A stretch of DNA of 48,787 nt. Origin: Synechococcus sp. (GTDB lineage: Bacteria > Cyanobacteriota > Cyanobacteriia > Thermostichales > PCC-7336). The notes under the pieces were generated by a model, which saw only the letters and a list, made by a program, of their open reading frames with translations, was not told the origin of the DNA and ran no database searches. The translations under genes and the position numbers were made by a program. Positions 9,756 to 19,055 of the stretch are shown piece by piece (position 1 is the stretch's first letter; every line of letters starts with the position of its first letter). The stretch is taken from assembly GCA_051439425.1 (NCBI GenBank), contig JBFRWD010000106.1:1-48787 (forward strand), written 5' to 3'.

Positions 9756-10973
9756 CTATTCAGCCTGTTCAATTGGAGGTGGAGAATTGGTGGGTGTCCC
9801 CGGATTCATGACCCACTGAACGAAGGTGTAGCCCAGCCCTGCAGAGATAGGCAACAACAGCAACCAAGCCACCAACCACATCCATAAAGGAGTAGCGTTT
9901 TCTTGTTCCTGACGGGCTTTTTGATACGGGCTGTCGTAGTCGTAGTCTGCCGAAGGATTGTTGTCGACGGCTACAGGAGGGACAACTGACAGAGGGAGAG
10001 AGAAGGAAGTGGCTGCATTATTTATTGCTTGACTCCGACTTTGGGAGGGGGCTGTTTGGGAAGGCTCCGGAGAGGGATTCGGTGATGGGGCTGGATTAGT
10101 GGTCACAGGTGCAGAGACCGAAGGATGGTGAGTGGCGGCTACACCTTCAGATAGATGGGCGTTTTCTGCACGATCGAGTGTGGACTTTTTGGCGTGTCGT
10201 AACCGATTAAGAACCCTGAGTTCGGGCAGGCTAGAGCTGTTTTCGGCAGCCATTTGCGTAATTGACTGTTTGGCTTTTGGAGGTCCGTTATTGGTGCTAG
10301 TGGGTTGGCGCAAACGATCTAAGAAACTTAGCTTGGCCAAGGCATTTCCAATCAACTGGCGATTGGAGGATGGCGTTGCTTGCAAAGAAGGAGATTGCAA
10401 AGATGAAGGACTGGAAGGCGAACGCTTTAAATTCGTGACGTGGGAAACATGGGTTTCGAATGCTTCCACTGCCCCAGAATTGGGTTGAGGTAAGGGGCGG
10501 GGTTTTGAATGTTGATTCTGTGGGGAAGAAGAAATGACTTGGGCGTATTTGGCTTGCAAGTCAGAGAAGTCTTTCAGCAGTTTCTGGGTCACATGTTTTA
10601 GATGTTCGTTCTCTCGATTGCGAGCCTGTAATTCGCTTAAAAGCTGCTGATATGTAGATGCTGATACGGCAGTATTTGTATCGGAACGAAGGTTCGAAGA
10701 TGGCTTTGAGGATGGCTGGGCTGTGACCGCCCCAACAGCTGCTGTGGCCGAAGCAGATGGTGTTAATTGAGATTGTAGGGGCAGAGGCGATATGGGCTGG
10801 GACGGGCGAGGTCTATACTCTGCTGCCGAATTGCGGGATTGAGCTTTGGGGGGGATGGAGTGTGGGGATGGGGTCGTGGACTCCCGCTGGGTATAGCTCT
10901 TCGGCAATTCGTATCTCATGCGTAACTCCCACTTCCGTAGATTGAAACTATTTTCTTGGGACAAACGCCGCAT
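9756..10973 (-). CDS. Hypothetical protein: Pro/Ser-rich disordered regions, a coiled coil and a C-terminal TM anchor
   Basis: 405-aa ORF; heptad segment YQQLLSELQARNRENEHLKHVTQKLLKDFSDLQAKY; hydrophobic LWMWLVAWLLLLPISAGLGYTFV near the C-terminus. Confidence 0.7.
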   Translation of the reverse strand: MRRLSQENSFNLRKWELRMRYELPKSYTQRESTTPSPHSIPPKAQSRNSAAEYRPRPSQPISPLPLQSQLTPSASATAAVGAVTAQPSSKPSSNLRSDTNTAVSASTYQQLLSELQARNRENEHLKHVTQKLLKDFSDLQAKYAQVISSSPQNQHSKPRPLPQPNSGAVEAFETHVSHVTNLKRSPSSPSSLQSPSLQATPSSNRQLIGNALAKLSFLDRLRQPTSTNNGPPKAKQSITQMAAENSSSLPELRVLNRLRHAKKSTLDRAENAHLSEGVAATHHPSVSAPVTTNPAPSPNPSPEPSQTAPSQSRSQAINNAATSFSLPLSVVPPVAVDNNPSADYDYDSPYQKARQEQENATPLWMWLVAWLLLLPISAGLGYTFVQWVMNPGTPTNSPPPIEQAE

Positions 10974-11389
10974 CTATGCGCTCTTATACTGTTAAAGACA
11001 GCTTGTGCACTATATGTGGTGCTTGCGTGAGTTAAGCCAAGCATATCCGCAAACTACACTGGGCGATCGCCACACGGTACGTTTTTAGCCACGTCAGTTT
11101 GACCCAGCTGTTGAGGCATGATGTTCGCCTGGCAACACAACGAAACGATTACGGTTGAAGTCTCTTGTTCCCTCCTTCCACTTTGGGGGAAGGATTGGGG
11201 GTAAAGGCTGTCGAACTCAGGTGTGGCAAGAACTATGCTGAGTTTGGGGCTGTCACCTCGGGTTGCTGTCAAGTGCGTTGTTCGTAGGGCAGCGATCGCT
11301 TGAGAAAGGCTTCCCTCTCCCAGGCCATATCCAAATTGTTTTCCCTCTCCTGCCTTCCTCACTGTTGAATATGCTGCTGTAGCGCTGTC

Positions 11390-14300
11390 ATGCCGATTGT
11401 TCCGGATATTCTCTCTGCGTATGCACCTCAATTCTTGGCTCAACAACTGAGGCGACAATCCGGTCTCCTTACCCCCTATCAAGCAACAGTGCCTGCCGTT
11501 ACCCTGCTGGCAGACATTTCGGGATTTACAGCCCTAACCGAGCACCTCAGCCAAGAAGGCCCCGAGGGGATCGAGACGCTCACTCAAATTTTGAACGAGG
11601 CTTTCGATATTGCCATTTCACCCGCGATTTCGAGTGGCGGGGATGTCGTTAAGTTTGCCGGAGATGCTCTGTTGGCCATCTGGCCGCTGTCTGCTTGTTC
11701 CACTGATGATTCCAGTTATGCCAATGACGCAACCGTATCGCCCGACTTAACCCTCGATTGTCGAGATGCTTGCCCCTCCCTACAACATGCGGCTGCCGCG
11801 GCACTGACCATTCAGGATAATTTTCGGCAATTTGCTGCTCATCGGGGGGTGGATATCGGTCTTCGAATTGGTATCGGTCTCGGAGTAATTGACTGGGCGC
11901 AGGTGGGGGGAGTTGACGATCGCTGGTTGTACGTCGTGACCGGAAATTGGCTCCAGCAATTGCAGGACACGCTCAAGGCTGCGGCTCCAGGTCAAGTTGT
12001 GCTTTCGGCACATGCCTATGCTGTTTTTGGTCAGCGCACCTACGGACATCTCCTAGCCGGCGGTGAATACCTGCTTCATTCGGCGCAGTCCTCTCTTGGT
12101 GATGAAGAGCCCTATGAATCTGTTCGTGTGTCCAAACACAGAAATGAGCCAGATCCCCCAACTTCGGTAGAACCTCTAACGTGTCTGCCTGCCTTTATCT
12201 CTCCCACGGTGCTGGCCCGATTAGAAGTTGGGCAGAAAGATTGGCTGGCGGAGTTCCGGCAAGTGACCGTCGTGTTCATTCATTTACCCGATTGGCGAGG
12301 AGCGGGCGCGATCGGTCACAGACAGGACCTCACTGTTGCGTTACAAACATTGGCTCGCAAGTATGAAGGCAATCTAGCATTCTCGATTGACGAAAAAGGG
12401 GTGTCTGCTCTCATCACATTTGGTTTGCCCCAGCAAACTCACACCAACGATCCGGAGCGGGGAGTGCGGATTGCACTTGCCATCCATCAATTGCTCGGAG
12501 ATCGGGGGGAACGCTGCGCGATCGGGGTGGCCAGTGGACGTGTGTTTTGTGGTGCGATCGGGAATCAACTCCGGCGGGAGTATACGACCATTGGCGGGGC
12601 TATCAATCTGGCTGCACGACTGATGCAAGCGGTTTCTCGTCGCGAGGATGCGGTGGCCATTTTGTGCGATCGCGCCACGCAAGCTGCCGCACAGCCAACA
12701 GTAGACTTTCACGCCCTCGCCCCGATTGCAGTCAAAGGACGTGGCAATACTGTTGCTGTCTTCAGTCCCGCAGTCTCGTCTCAATTTCCTCCCGCGCAAT
12801 TTCTATCTGCTCAATCTCCACCCAATCGATCGGTGTCAATGGTTGTGGGACGAGAGAACGAATACTCAATCTTGGTAGAGGCTCTACAGGCACTGGCGAG
12901 TCGCGGTCAAGGGGGAGCAATTGTAGTGGAGGGCGAGGCTGGAATTGGCAAATCGCAGTTGCTGGTGCAGTTGTGCCGGTTGGCGGACGAGCGGGATATT
13001 CCTGTGCTTGTAGGGGGAGGAGATAGTATCGAGCGACAGGTGCCGTACCGAGCCTGGCGGTCGATATTCAGCCAGCTACTCGATGTTCAAGGACGCCCTT
13101 CCTCGCAAGTTTTACTTCACCTACAAGAACGCTTTCACCATCGCCAGGATTGGGTGCAGCTCCTGCCCCTATTAACAGCTGTCCTGGATTTCGAGATTCC
13201 CGATAGCCCTGTGACGCAGACGATGCAAGGACAGGTGCGGGCAGACAACACTCGCGTCTTGCTATTAGATATTCTGCGCGATTGCTTGGATCGACCGATG
13301 GTGCTGGTGCTGGATGATGCCCAATGGATGGATTCTGCCTCTTGGCAACTGACACAAGCGGTGCTCGAACAATTCTCTCAGATAGTGTTGGCCGCTGCGA
13401 CGCGCCCACCAGACGAGTCGCCTCCTGAGGGGTATATCGCTCTCACTCAATTCCCCAACACCCGGCACCTCTGCTTAGGTTTACTGTCTCCCGAAGACAC
13501 TCGCCAACAGTTGTGTCGCTGCTTGTCTACTGAAGCCGTGTCCGATCGCCTCGTGGATGCGATCTACACCAAATCCCAAGGCCAGCCGCTGTTCAGCGAA
13601 CAACTGGCTCTGGCAATGCAGGCGTCCGGACAGATTGAATGTCGCGATCGCTCCTGCGATCTCGCAGCGTCGTTTACTCTCAGCAAATCGCAAGAACTGC
13701 CCAACTCCATACGTCAGGCCATTGTCAGCCGATTCGATGGTCTCGATCCCACTCATCAACTGGTGCTTAAAACCGCCAGTGCCATTGGCCGTCGCTTTCC
13801 CACCTCCGTCTTGCAGGACATCTATCCTGTTGCAGCCGAAGACCAATTGGTTCAGCGATCCCTGCAAACGCTCTCTCAGCGCAGGTTTACTGCTCTCTGG
13901 AAAAAAAAGCCCCATCTGACTTACCGATTTATTCACGGTATTACTCAAGAAGTGGCCTACAGCTTGATGACGTTTTCTCAGCGGCGGGAACTGCATCGGT
14001 CAGCAGCCCTCTGGTACGAGCAGCAAACAGCAGAATTAGAGCCTGCCATTTTGGCTTATCACTGGGAACGCGCGGAACAATGGGATGCAGCCCTGCACTA
14101 TCTCGGATTGGCAGGAGAGCGAGCGTTACGAGACGGAGCGAATGCAGAAGCCGTGACCTTTTTAGAACGGGCAATCGCGTTGGAACGAAGTGGGACCAAT
14201 AGGCTGCAGTCTTTGCCGCAAACTCGCAACTCCCGCCCCACCCAAATATCCCCAGTCTCTCTATTTCGGCGAGCCCGCTGGCATCGTCAACTGGGGGATG

Positions 14301-15712
14301 CCTATGTCGGTCTAGGTAATCTGTCTGCTAGCGGTGCCGCTCTCAATATGGCTGTCGCGCTTCTCGATCGCCGCTTTCCCCGCACCTCACTGGGATTGGC
14401 TGTTTGTTCCGTACGCGAGGTCTTGATTCAACTGTTGCATCGGTGTGGTCTGCTGGGCTTGCTATCTCGACTAGGGTTACCTTCTCGGGCTAATGGTGTT
14501 TCTTTCGACAGCGATCGCTACCGCAGCAATCCCCGTACCCGAGATTCATTCAGTAGCGATCGCCCTCTCAAAGAACTCAGCTTGGCCTGCACCCACTTAG
14601 GTGAGGTGTACTACTACAGCAACCGTAAGTCATTGGCTACCTTCGCCTCGCTGGTGGGTCTCAATCTGGCCGAACAAGCCGGGCCCTCTCCAGAGTTAGC
14701 TCGTATCTACGCCAACATGTGCTTTGCCACCGGAGTGAATGGAGCCCCTTGGTTGGCGAAGGTCTATGCCCGTCTTGCTACCACAACTGCACAAGCAACC
14801 CCCCAACTCAACGCCATTGCCTGGGTGGATCTGGTTGTCGGGGCTCACAACAGTGGCATGGGACATTGGGCCGATGCCCATCAGCAAACGCTTGCTGCTC
14901 GCGATCGGTTCGAGCAGTTGCGCGATCTGCACCGGCAAGGGGAAGCGACGAGTAGTTTGGCTTCAATTGCCCACTGGCAAGGGGATTACCCTACGGCGAT
15001 CGCCCACTGGCAACACACCCGTCAGTTGGGAGAGCGATTGGGAGATGTGCAGGAACAACTGTGGGGGTTGCTGGGGGAGGCGGAGGAGTATTTGGTGGGG
15101 GCGCAGTGGGAACCGGCGGTCACACTGATAGAACAAGCAAATCACTTGGGAGCACGGCGGCAAGGTTTAGCCTGCGAACAGTTTCGCTACCAGGCTCTAT
15201 TGGCCCAAATTCGGCTGCGCCAAGGGCAGCGGACCGAGGCGAGTCGGTTGGCCCTGTCTGCCTTGGAACAGGTGGCAGGAATGGCTGCGGTCGTTTTGTA
15301 TCTGATGGAAGGATATGCCAGTGCCACTGCAGTGTTGCTGGCGTTGTGGGCGGAGACTCCTGAGGATCGATGTTTGATGGCCAATGCCCGCTTTGCTTGT
15401 CATGCTCACAGTCGTTATGCCAGTACCTTTGCCATTGCTCGCCCCAGAGCCCTGCTTCATTGGGGGATATGGCATCGCATCGCCCGGCATCCAAACCGAG
15501 CCAAGTCTCAGTTGAATCGTTCTCTCCGGGCCGCTAGGCAGTTGCAACTGCCCTACGAGATTGCTTGTGCCCATTGGCAATTGGCCAGCACGCTGCTCTC
15601 CGGTAGGTCTGCGCCACGAGACGTACATGCGACTGCTGCTCGCGATCGCTTCCAGACTTTGGGGATTGATACCCCCCAGCAACTGCTGCTCCACCAGCAA
15701 TTTAGCGTGTAA
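11390..15712 (+). CDS. Soluble adenylyl cyclase-like protein (tandem class III cyclase domains, STAND/AAA ATPase, helical TPR-like repeats)
   Basis: C1: LADISGFTALTE, VKFAGDAL; C2: DEKG, REYTTIGGAINLAARL; Walker A GEAGIGKS; Walker B LVLDDAQWMD; QGQPLF; YRFIH; LAYHWERA. Confidence 0.9.
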   Translation: MPIVPDILSAYAPQFLAQQLRRQSGLLTPYQATVPAVTLLADISGFTALTEHLSQEGPEGIETLTQILNEAFDIAISPAISSGGDVVKFAGDALLAIWPLSACSTDDSSYANDATVSPDLTLDCRDACPSLQHAAAAALTIQDNFRQFAAHRGVDIGLRIGIGLGVIDWAQVGGVDDRWLYVVTGNWLQQLQDTLKAAAPGQVVLSAHAYAVFGQRTYGHLLAGGEYLLHSAQSSLGDEEPYESVRVSKHRNEPDPPTSVEPLTCLPAFISPTVLARLEVGQKDWLAEFRQVTVVFIHLPDWRGAGAIGHRQDLTVALQTLARKYEGNLAFSIDEKGVSALITFGLPQQTHTNDPERGVRIALAIHQLLGDRGERCAIGVASGRVFCGAIGNQLRREYTTIGGAINLAARLMQAVSRREDAVAILCDRATQAAAQPTVDFHALAPIAVKGRGNTVAVFSPAVSSQFPPAQFLSAQSPPNRSVSMVVGRENEYSILVEALQALASRGQGGAIVVEGEAGIGKSQLLVQLCRLADERDIPVLVGGGDSIERQVPYRAWRSIFSQLLDVQGRPSSQVLLHLQERFHHRQDWVQLLPLLTAVLDFEIPDSPVTQTMQGQVRADNTRVLLLDILRDCLDRPMVLVLDDAQWMDSASWQLTQAVLEQFSQIVLAAATRPPDESPPEGYIALTQFPNTRHLCLGLLSPEDTRQQLCRCLSTEAVSDRLVDAIYTKSQGQPLFSEQLALAMQASGQIECRDRSCDLAASFTLSKSQELPNSIRQAIVSRFDGLDPTHQLVLKTASAIGRRFPTSVLQDIYPVAAEDQLVQRSLQTLSQRRFTALWKKKPHLTYRFIHGITQEVAYSLMTFSQRRELHRSAALWYEQQTAELEPAILAYHWERAEQWDAALHYLGLAGERALRDGANAEAVTFLERAIALERSGTNRLQSLPQTRNSRPTQISPVSLFRRARWHRQLGDAYVGLGNLSASGAALNMAVALLDRRFPRTSLGLAVCSVREVLIQLLHRCGLLGLLSRLGLPSRANGVSFDSDRYRSNPRTRDSFSSDRPLKELSLACTHLGEVYYYSNRKSLATFASLVGLNLAEQAGPSPELARIYANMCFATGVNGAPWLAKVYARLATTTAQATPQLNAIAWVDLVVGAHNSGMGHWADAHQQTLAARDRFEQLRDLHRQGEATSSLASIAHWQGDYPTAIAHWQHTRQLGERLGDVQEQLWGLLGEAEEYLVGAQWEPAVTLIEQANHLGARRQGLACEQFRYQALLAQIRLRQGQRTEASRLALSALEQVAGMAAVVLYLMEGYASATAVLLALWAETPEDRCLMANARFACHAHSRYASTFAIARPRALLHWGIWHRIARHPNRAKSQLNRSLRAARQLQLPYEIACAHWQLASTLLSGRSAPRDVHATAARDRFQTLGIDTPQQLLLHQQFSV

Positions 15713-15766
15713 CTCCAGAATTGAGATAGAGTCTAGCCCCGCGAGATTCCAGCCCCAACCAGCTCT

Positions 15767-16693
15767 TTAGCGAGCGATATCGGAATGGAGCGACACTAGA
15801 CTGAACTTACCGTCTTCAATCTCAACATCCATCCACGCAGGTGCGCCAGTGGTGAGCCCCCAGAGGTCGAGAGATAGGCCCCAAACAGTTGAGGTTAAAG
15901 GCTCTGCAGGCAAATTGGAGTAGATCGACCCTACCTGAGGCCCCTGGGAGGAGCGCCGAGCAGAGCGATAATCGGCGGTGGAAGCTAGCGACAGTTCATC
16001 CACTTGCCAGCTATCGATCGCCTCTCTTGCCACGTCCACGCCAGTCGCAAAAATCGTATAGCGATCGCCCAACGCTCCCACCACCCAATTGCGATTGGCC
16101 ACTGCAACGTTCAGCAACTGCACGCCTTTGTAGACCTCAACTTGAGGTGTCTGCTGCTGTAAATATTGCTGCCGCCACAGCACGTTCAGCATCAAGTTCG
16201 AACGGTCTAGATCGTCCGTAGACAGAGCCACAAAATAGTCAGATTGTTCAGGGGGGAGAGTCGCGATCGCGAGTAGACTTTCCTCACCCATCCACGGCTG
16301 TATATCTCGTGCAAAATCGAGTTGGGTTGCCGATAGAAAGTCCGATAAGGGACCGTCCCCCCCAGCCGCTAACCACTGCCGCCAGTGCCGACGAACGCTA
16401 CCTCGCTTAGATAGAGGGGTGAGATATCGCTGCAATCGCTCTATGTCGACTAACGGAGCATCGAGCGCAACAGCCACCACTGATTGACGGGGAGCCAGCC
16501 GCAAAATGTCGGGGGATTTGGCAGAGTGATGCATTAGAGCCAGTGGACTGAACTGCAACAACCAAATGTAAGCAGACATGATGGCGAGTCCCACAACTGC
16601 AGTGGCGATCGCCAACCCTTTGAGGACCAGTTGAGGCCGAAATTGAGGAGGCTGAATGCTCGGAAGCCGAATCGCTAGCGGAAAAGACGCCAT
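15767..16693 (-). CDS. DUF3352-family protein (short form)
   Basis: N-terminal TM, LDFARDIQPWMGEE, YKGVQL, SLAST.DY motifs. Confidence 0.7.
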   Translation of the reverse strand: MASFPLAIRLPSIQPPQFRPQLVLKGLAIATAVVGLAIMSAYIWLLQFSPLALMHHSAKSPDILRLAPRQSVVAVALDAPLVDIERLQRYLTPLSKRGSVRRHWRQWLAAGGDGPLSDFLSATQLDFARDIQPWMGEESLLAIATLPPEQSDYFVALSTDDLDRSNLMLNVLWRQQYLQQQTPQVEVYKGVQLLNVAVANRNWVVGALGDRYTIFATGVDVAREAIDSWQVDELSLASTADYRSARRSSQGPQVGSIYSNLPAEPLTSTVWGLSLDLWGLTTGAPAWMDVEIEDGKFSLVSLHSDIAR

Positions 16694-17153
16694 GTGCAGC
16701 CCTTAAACCTACTGGCGTTTATCTTACTGTTCCACCTCCCCTCCCCTACAGAACCGTTACGTTTTGAGGAATTGGCTGAATCCGGTTAGCCAATTAGCCA
16801 AGTAAATTTCAGCCGGTCAGTCGAGTTCTTGTCCTAACCCTCCATCTGCTGCGCAGGTTTATAGACTTCCTCTTTCGCAACCGAACAGATTGCTAAACGA
16901 TGACAAGATGTGGATAAGGCAGGCCAACAGGGCTTAAAATCAATTGCTGTTGTGCTCGATACATCACACTCGCTTGGCGATAGTGTTATGTCGGAGTAAG
17001 CACTACATCCGCTTGAGTCGAAGCGCTGTTCTTGGAGGATTGGTCTGTCGCGTGCTGTCACGGAATGGCAATCGCCCCACGGTGCTCGGGTTTGAAGCGG
17101 ACGGGCTTGGATTTCACAAGCTCGACTCGCACTGTTGGTAGTTGGGAGCGATC

Positions 17154-18290
17154 ATGGCTGAAGGTACGTACAAACCTGGATTGGAAGGGGTTCCGGCTAC
17201 CAGCTCCAACATCAGCTTTATTGATGGTCAGCAAGGCATTCTGGAATATCGCGGCATTAGCATCGAACAGCTAGCCGACCACGGCAGCTTCCTCGAGACA
17301 GCGTACTTGCTCGCGTTTGGTAAACTTCCCACCCGTGCTGAACTGGAAGAGTTCGATTGCGAAATCCGCGTTCATCGACGAGTCAAATATCGGATTCGAG
17401 ACATGATTAAATGTTTCCCAGAATCCGGTCATCCAATGGATGCGTTACAAACCTGCGTCGCTGGCCTCGGTTTGTTTTATCCCATCAGCGACTTTGACGA
17501 AGACTACGTGACCGGCACTGTTGCCCGTCTGCTGGCCAAATTTCCAACCTTTGTGGCGGCATTTCATCAAATGCGCCAGGGGAACGATCCCATTTCCCCC
17601 CGCGACGAACTGGATCATTCCAGTAATTTTCTCTACATGATGACGGGCAGAGTTCCCGCTCCGTGGGAAGCCAAGATTTTTGACACCTGCCTTACCCTAC
17701 ATGCCGAACATACGGTGAACGCGTCCACCTTCTCGACCCTGGTGACCTCATCCACCTTGGCAGACCCCTACACTGCCATCACTGCGGCTGTCGGTACACT
17801 CTCGGGCGCCCTGCACGGTGGTGCCAACGAGCGGGTCATGCAGTTGCTCCGAGACATCGGTAGTGTTGAAAACGTGCGTCCGTTTATCGAAGAGAGCTTG
17901 GCGCGTAAAGAGCGAATTATGGGGTTGGGCCACCGTGTCTATAAAGTTAAAGACCCTCGGGCCACTATCCTGCAGAAGCTGGCCGAGCAGTTGTTCGATC
18001 GCCACGGCCACGACAAGATTTATGACATTGCTCTAGAAGTGGAAGCAGTCTGTGAAGAGCTATTAGGGGCCAAGGGAATATACCCTAATGTCGATTTCTA
18101 CTCCGGTTTGGTGTATTCGAAGTTGGGGATTCCCGAAGACTTTTTCACTCCCATCTTTGCGATTGCTCGTGTTGCCGGCTGGCTAGCCCATTGGAAAGAA
18201 CAATTAGATGACAACCGGTTGTTCAGACCCACACAGGTGTACACCGGCGATCGCGAACTAAAATACATCCCGCTGGAACAGCGCGGTTAA
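17154..18290 (+). CDS. gltA: Citrate synthase
   Basis: GLEGV, LHAEHTVNASTF, LHGGANE, GLGHRVYKVKDPR, YPNVDFYSG, ARVAGWLAH. Confidence 0.98.
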   Translation: MAEGTYKPGLEGVPATSSNISFIDGQQGILEYRGISIEQLADHGSFLETAYLLAFGKLPTRAELEEFDCEIRVHRRVKYRIRDMIKCFPESGHPMDALQTCVAGLGLFYPISDFDEDYVTGTVARLLAKFPTFVAAFHQMRQGNDPISPRDELDHSSNFLYMMTGRVPAPWEAKIFDTCLTLHAEHTVNASTFSTLVTSSTLADPYTAITAAVGTLSGALHGGANERVMQLLRDIGSVENVRPFIEESLARKERIMGLGHRVYKVKDPRATILQKLAEQLFDRHGHDKIYDIALEVEAVCEELLGAKGIYPNVDFYSGLVYSKLGIPEDFFTPIFAIARVAGWLAHWKEQLDDNRLFRPTQVYTGDRELKYIPLEQRG

Positions 18291-18323
18291 TCCTTCGATA
18301 CGGTTCTAGTCCATTAAACGTTC

Positions 18324-18351
18324 TAGTCCCTTAACCAGGGTTAGGGATTAG
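18324..18351. terminator. Possible bidirectional terminator between convergent gltA and the LuxR gene
   Basis: Imperfect stem TAGTCCCT/AGGGATTA, overlapping a 17-bp direct repeat GTTCTAGTCC(A/C)TTAA(A/C)C at 18303-18336. Confidence 0.3.
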
Positions 18352-18380
18352 GGCTATCGAACTCGGGAATTAATCAGGTA

Positions 18381-19055
18381 TTAAACAATGCCTTCCCGCA
18401 TTGCTTGAACGGCAGCCTGCGTGCGATCGCGTACCCCCATCTTGCGCAAGATACGGACAACATGCGATTTAATCGTGCTTTCCGCCACCTGCAGCGCTTT
18501 GGCTATTTCGCGATTGCTTTTACCCGATGTCAATTCTCTCAATACCTGTCGCTCGCGGCTAGAGAGATTCACCAAGCGTTGGGAAGGGGCAGGACGCTCT
18601 GTCGAGACGTAGCGCGCGCGCAGGCTGGGCTGAACACCGTTAAGCTCAGAATCCATCCAACAGGTATTAGATGCGATCGCCGTCAGGGCTTGAACAATAT
18701 GGTCGACTGGCTTTGATTTGAGACAACAGCCCTGCACACCGCTATTCACCAACACGCTAGCGTGGGACTTAGCCGAATCTCCCGTATCGAGCAAAGCCAA
18801 AATACGTACACGGGTATTGGATTGCTGGAGTTGACGGACAAAATTCACGCTCCGGCTGATGTCGGGAACAGAAGGACTCATTAACAATAAATCGGGTAAC
18901 CGATCTTCAAATAACCCTTTCTGTAGCATCGTCAACGCTGCAGTGGCCGACTCAGCGACCCCCCACAATTGGAATTGGGGGCGATCTTCCAGCAAGTGAA
19001 CTAACCCCAACTGAACGAGGGGATGGGATTCCAACACGAACGTCTCGATAGTCAC
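18381..19055 (-). CDS. NarL/LuxR-family response regulator with an atypical receiver
   Basis: C-terminal LSSRERQVL..L.SGKSNREIA..L.VAESTIKSHV..ILRKMGVRDRTQA HTH; receiver has VLESHP and DLLLMS; GTG 19055 chosen as start. Confidence 0.88.
   Translation of the reverse strand: MTIETFVLESHPLVQLGLVHLLEDRPQFQLWGVAESATAALTMLQKGLFEDRLPDLLLMSPSVPDISRSVNFVRQLQQSNTRVRILALLDTGDSAKSHASVLVNSGVQGCCLKSKPVDHIVQALTAIASNTCWMDSELNGVQPSLRARYVSTERPAPSQRLVNLSSRERQVLRELTSGKSNREIAKALQVAESTIKSHVVRILRKMGVRDRTQAAVQAMREGIV

Noticed and set aside
11054..11482. 142-aa minus-strand ORF overlapping the cyclase start
   Set aside because: No motifs, non-ATG start, antisense overlap; probably spurious
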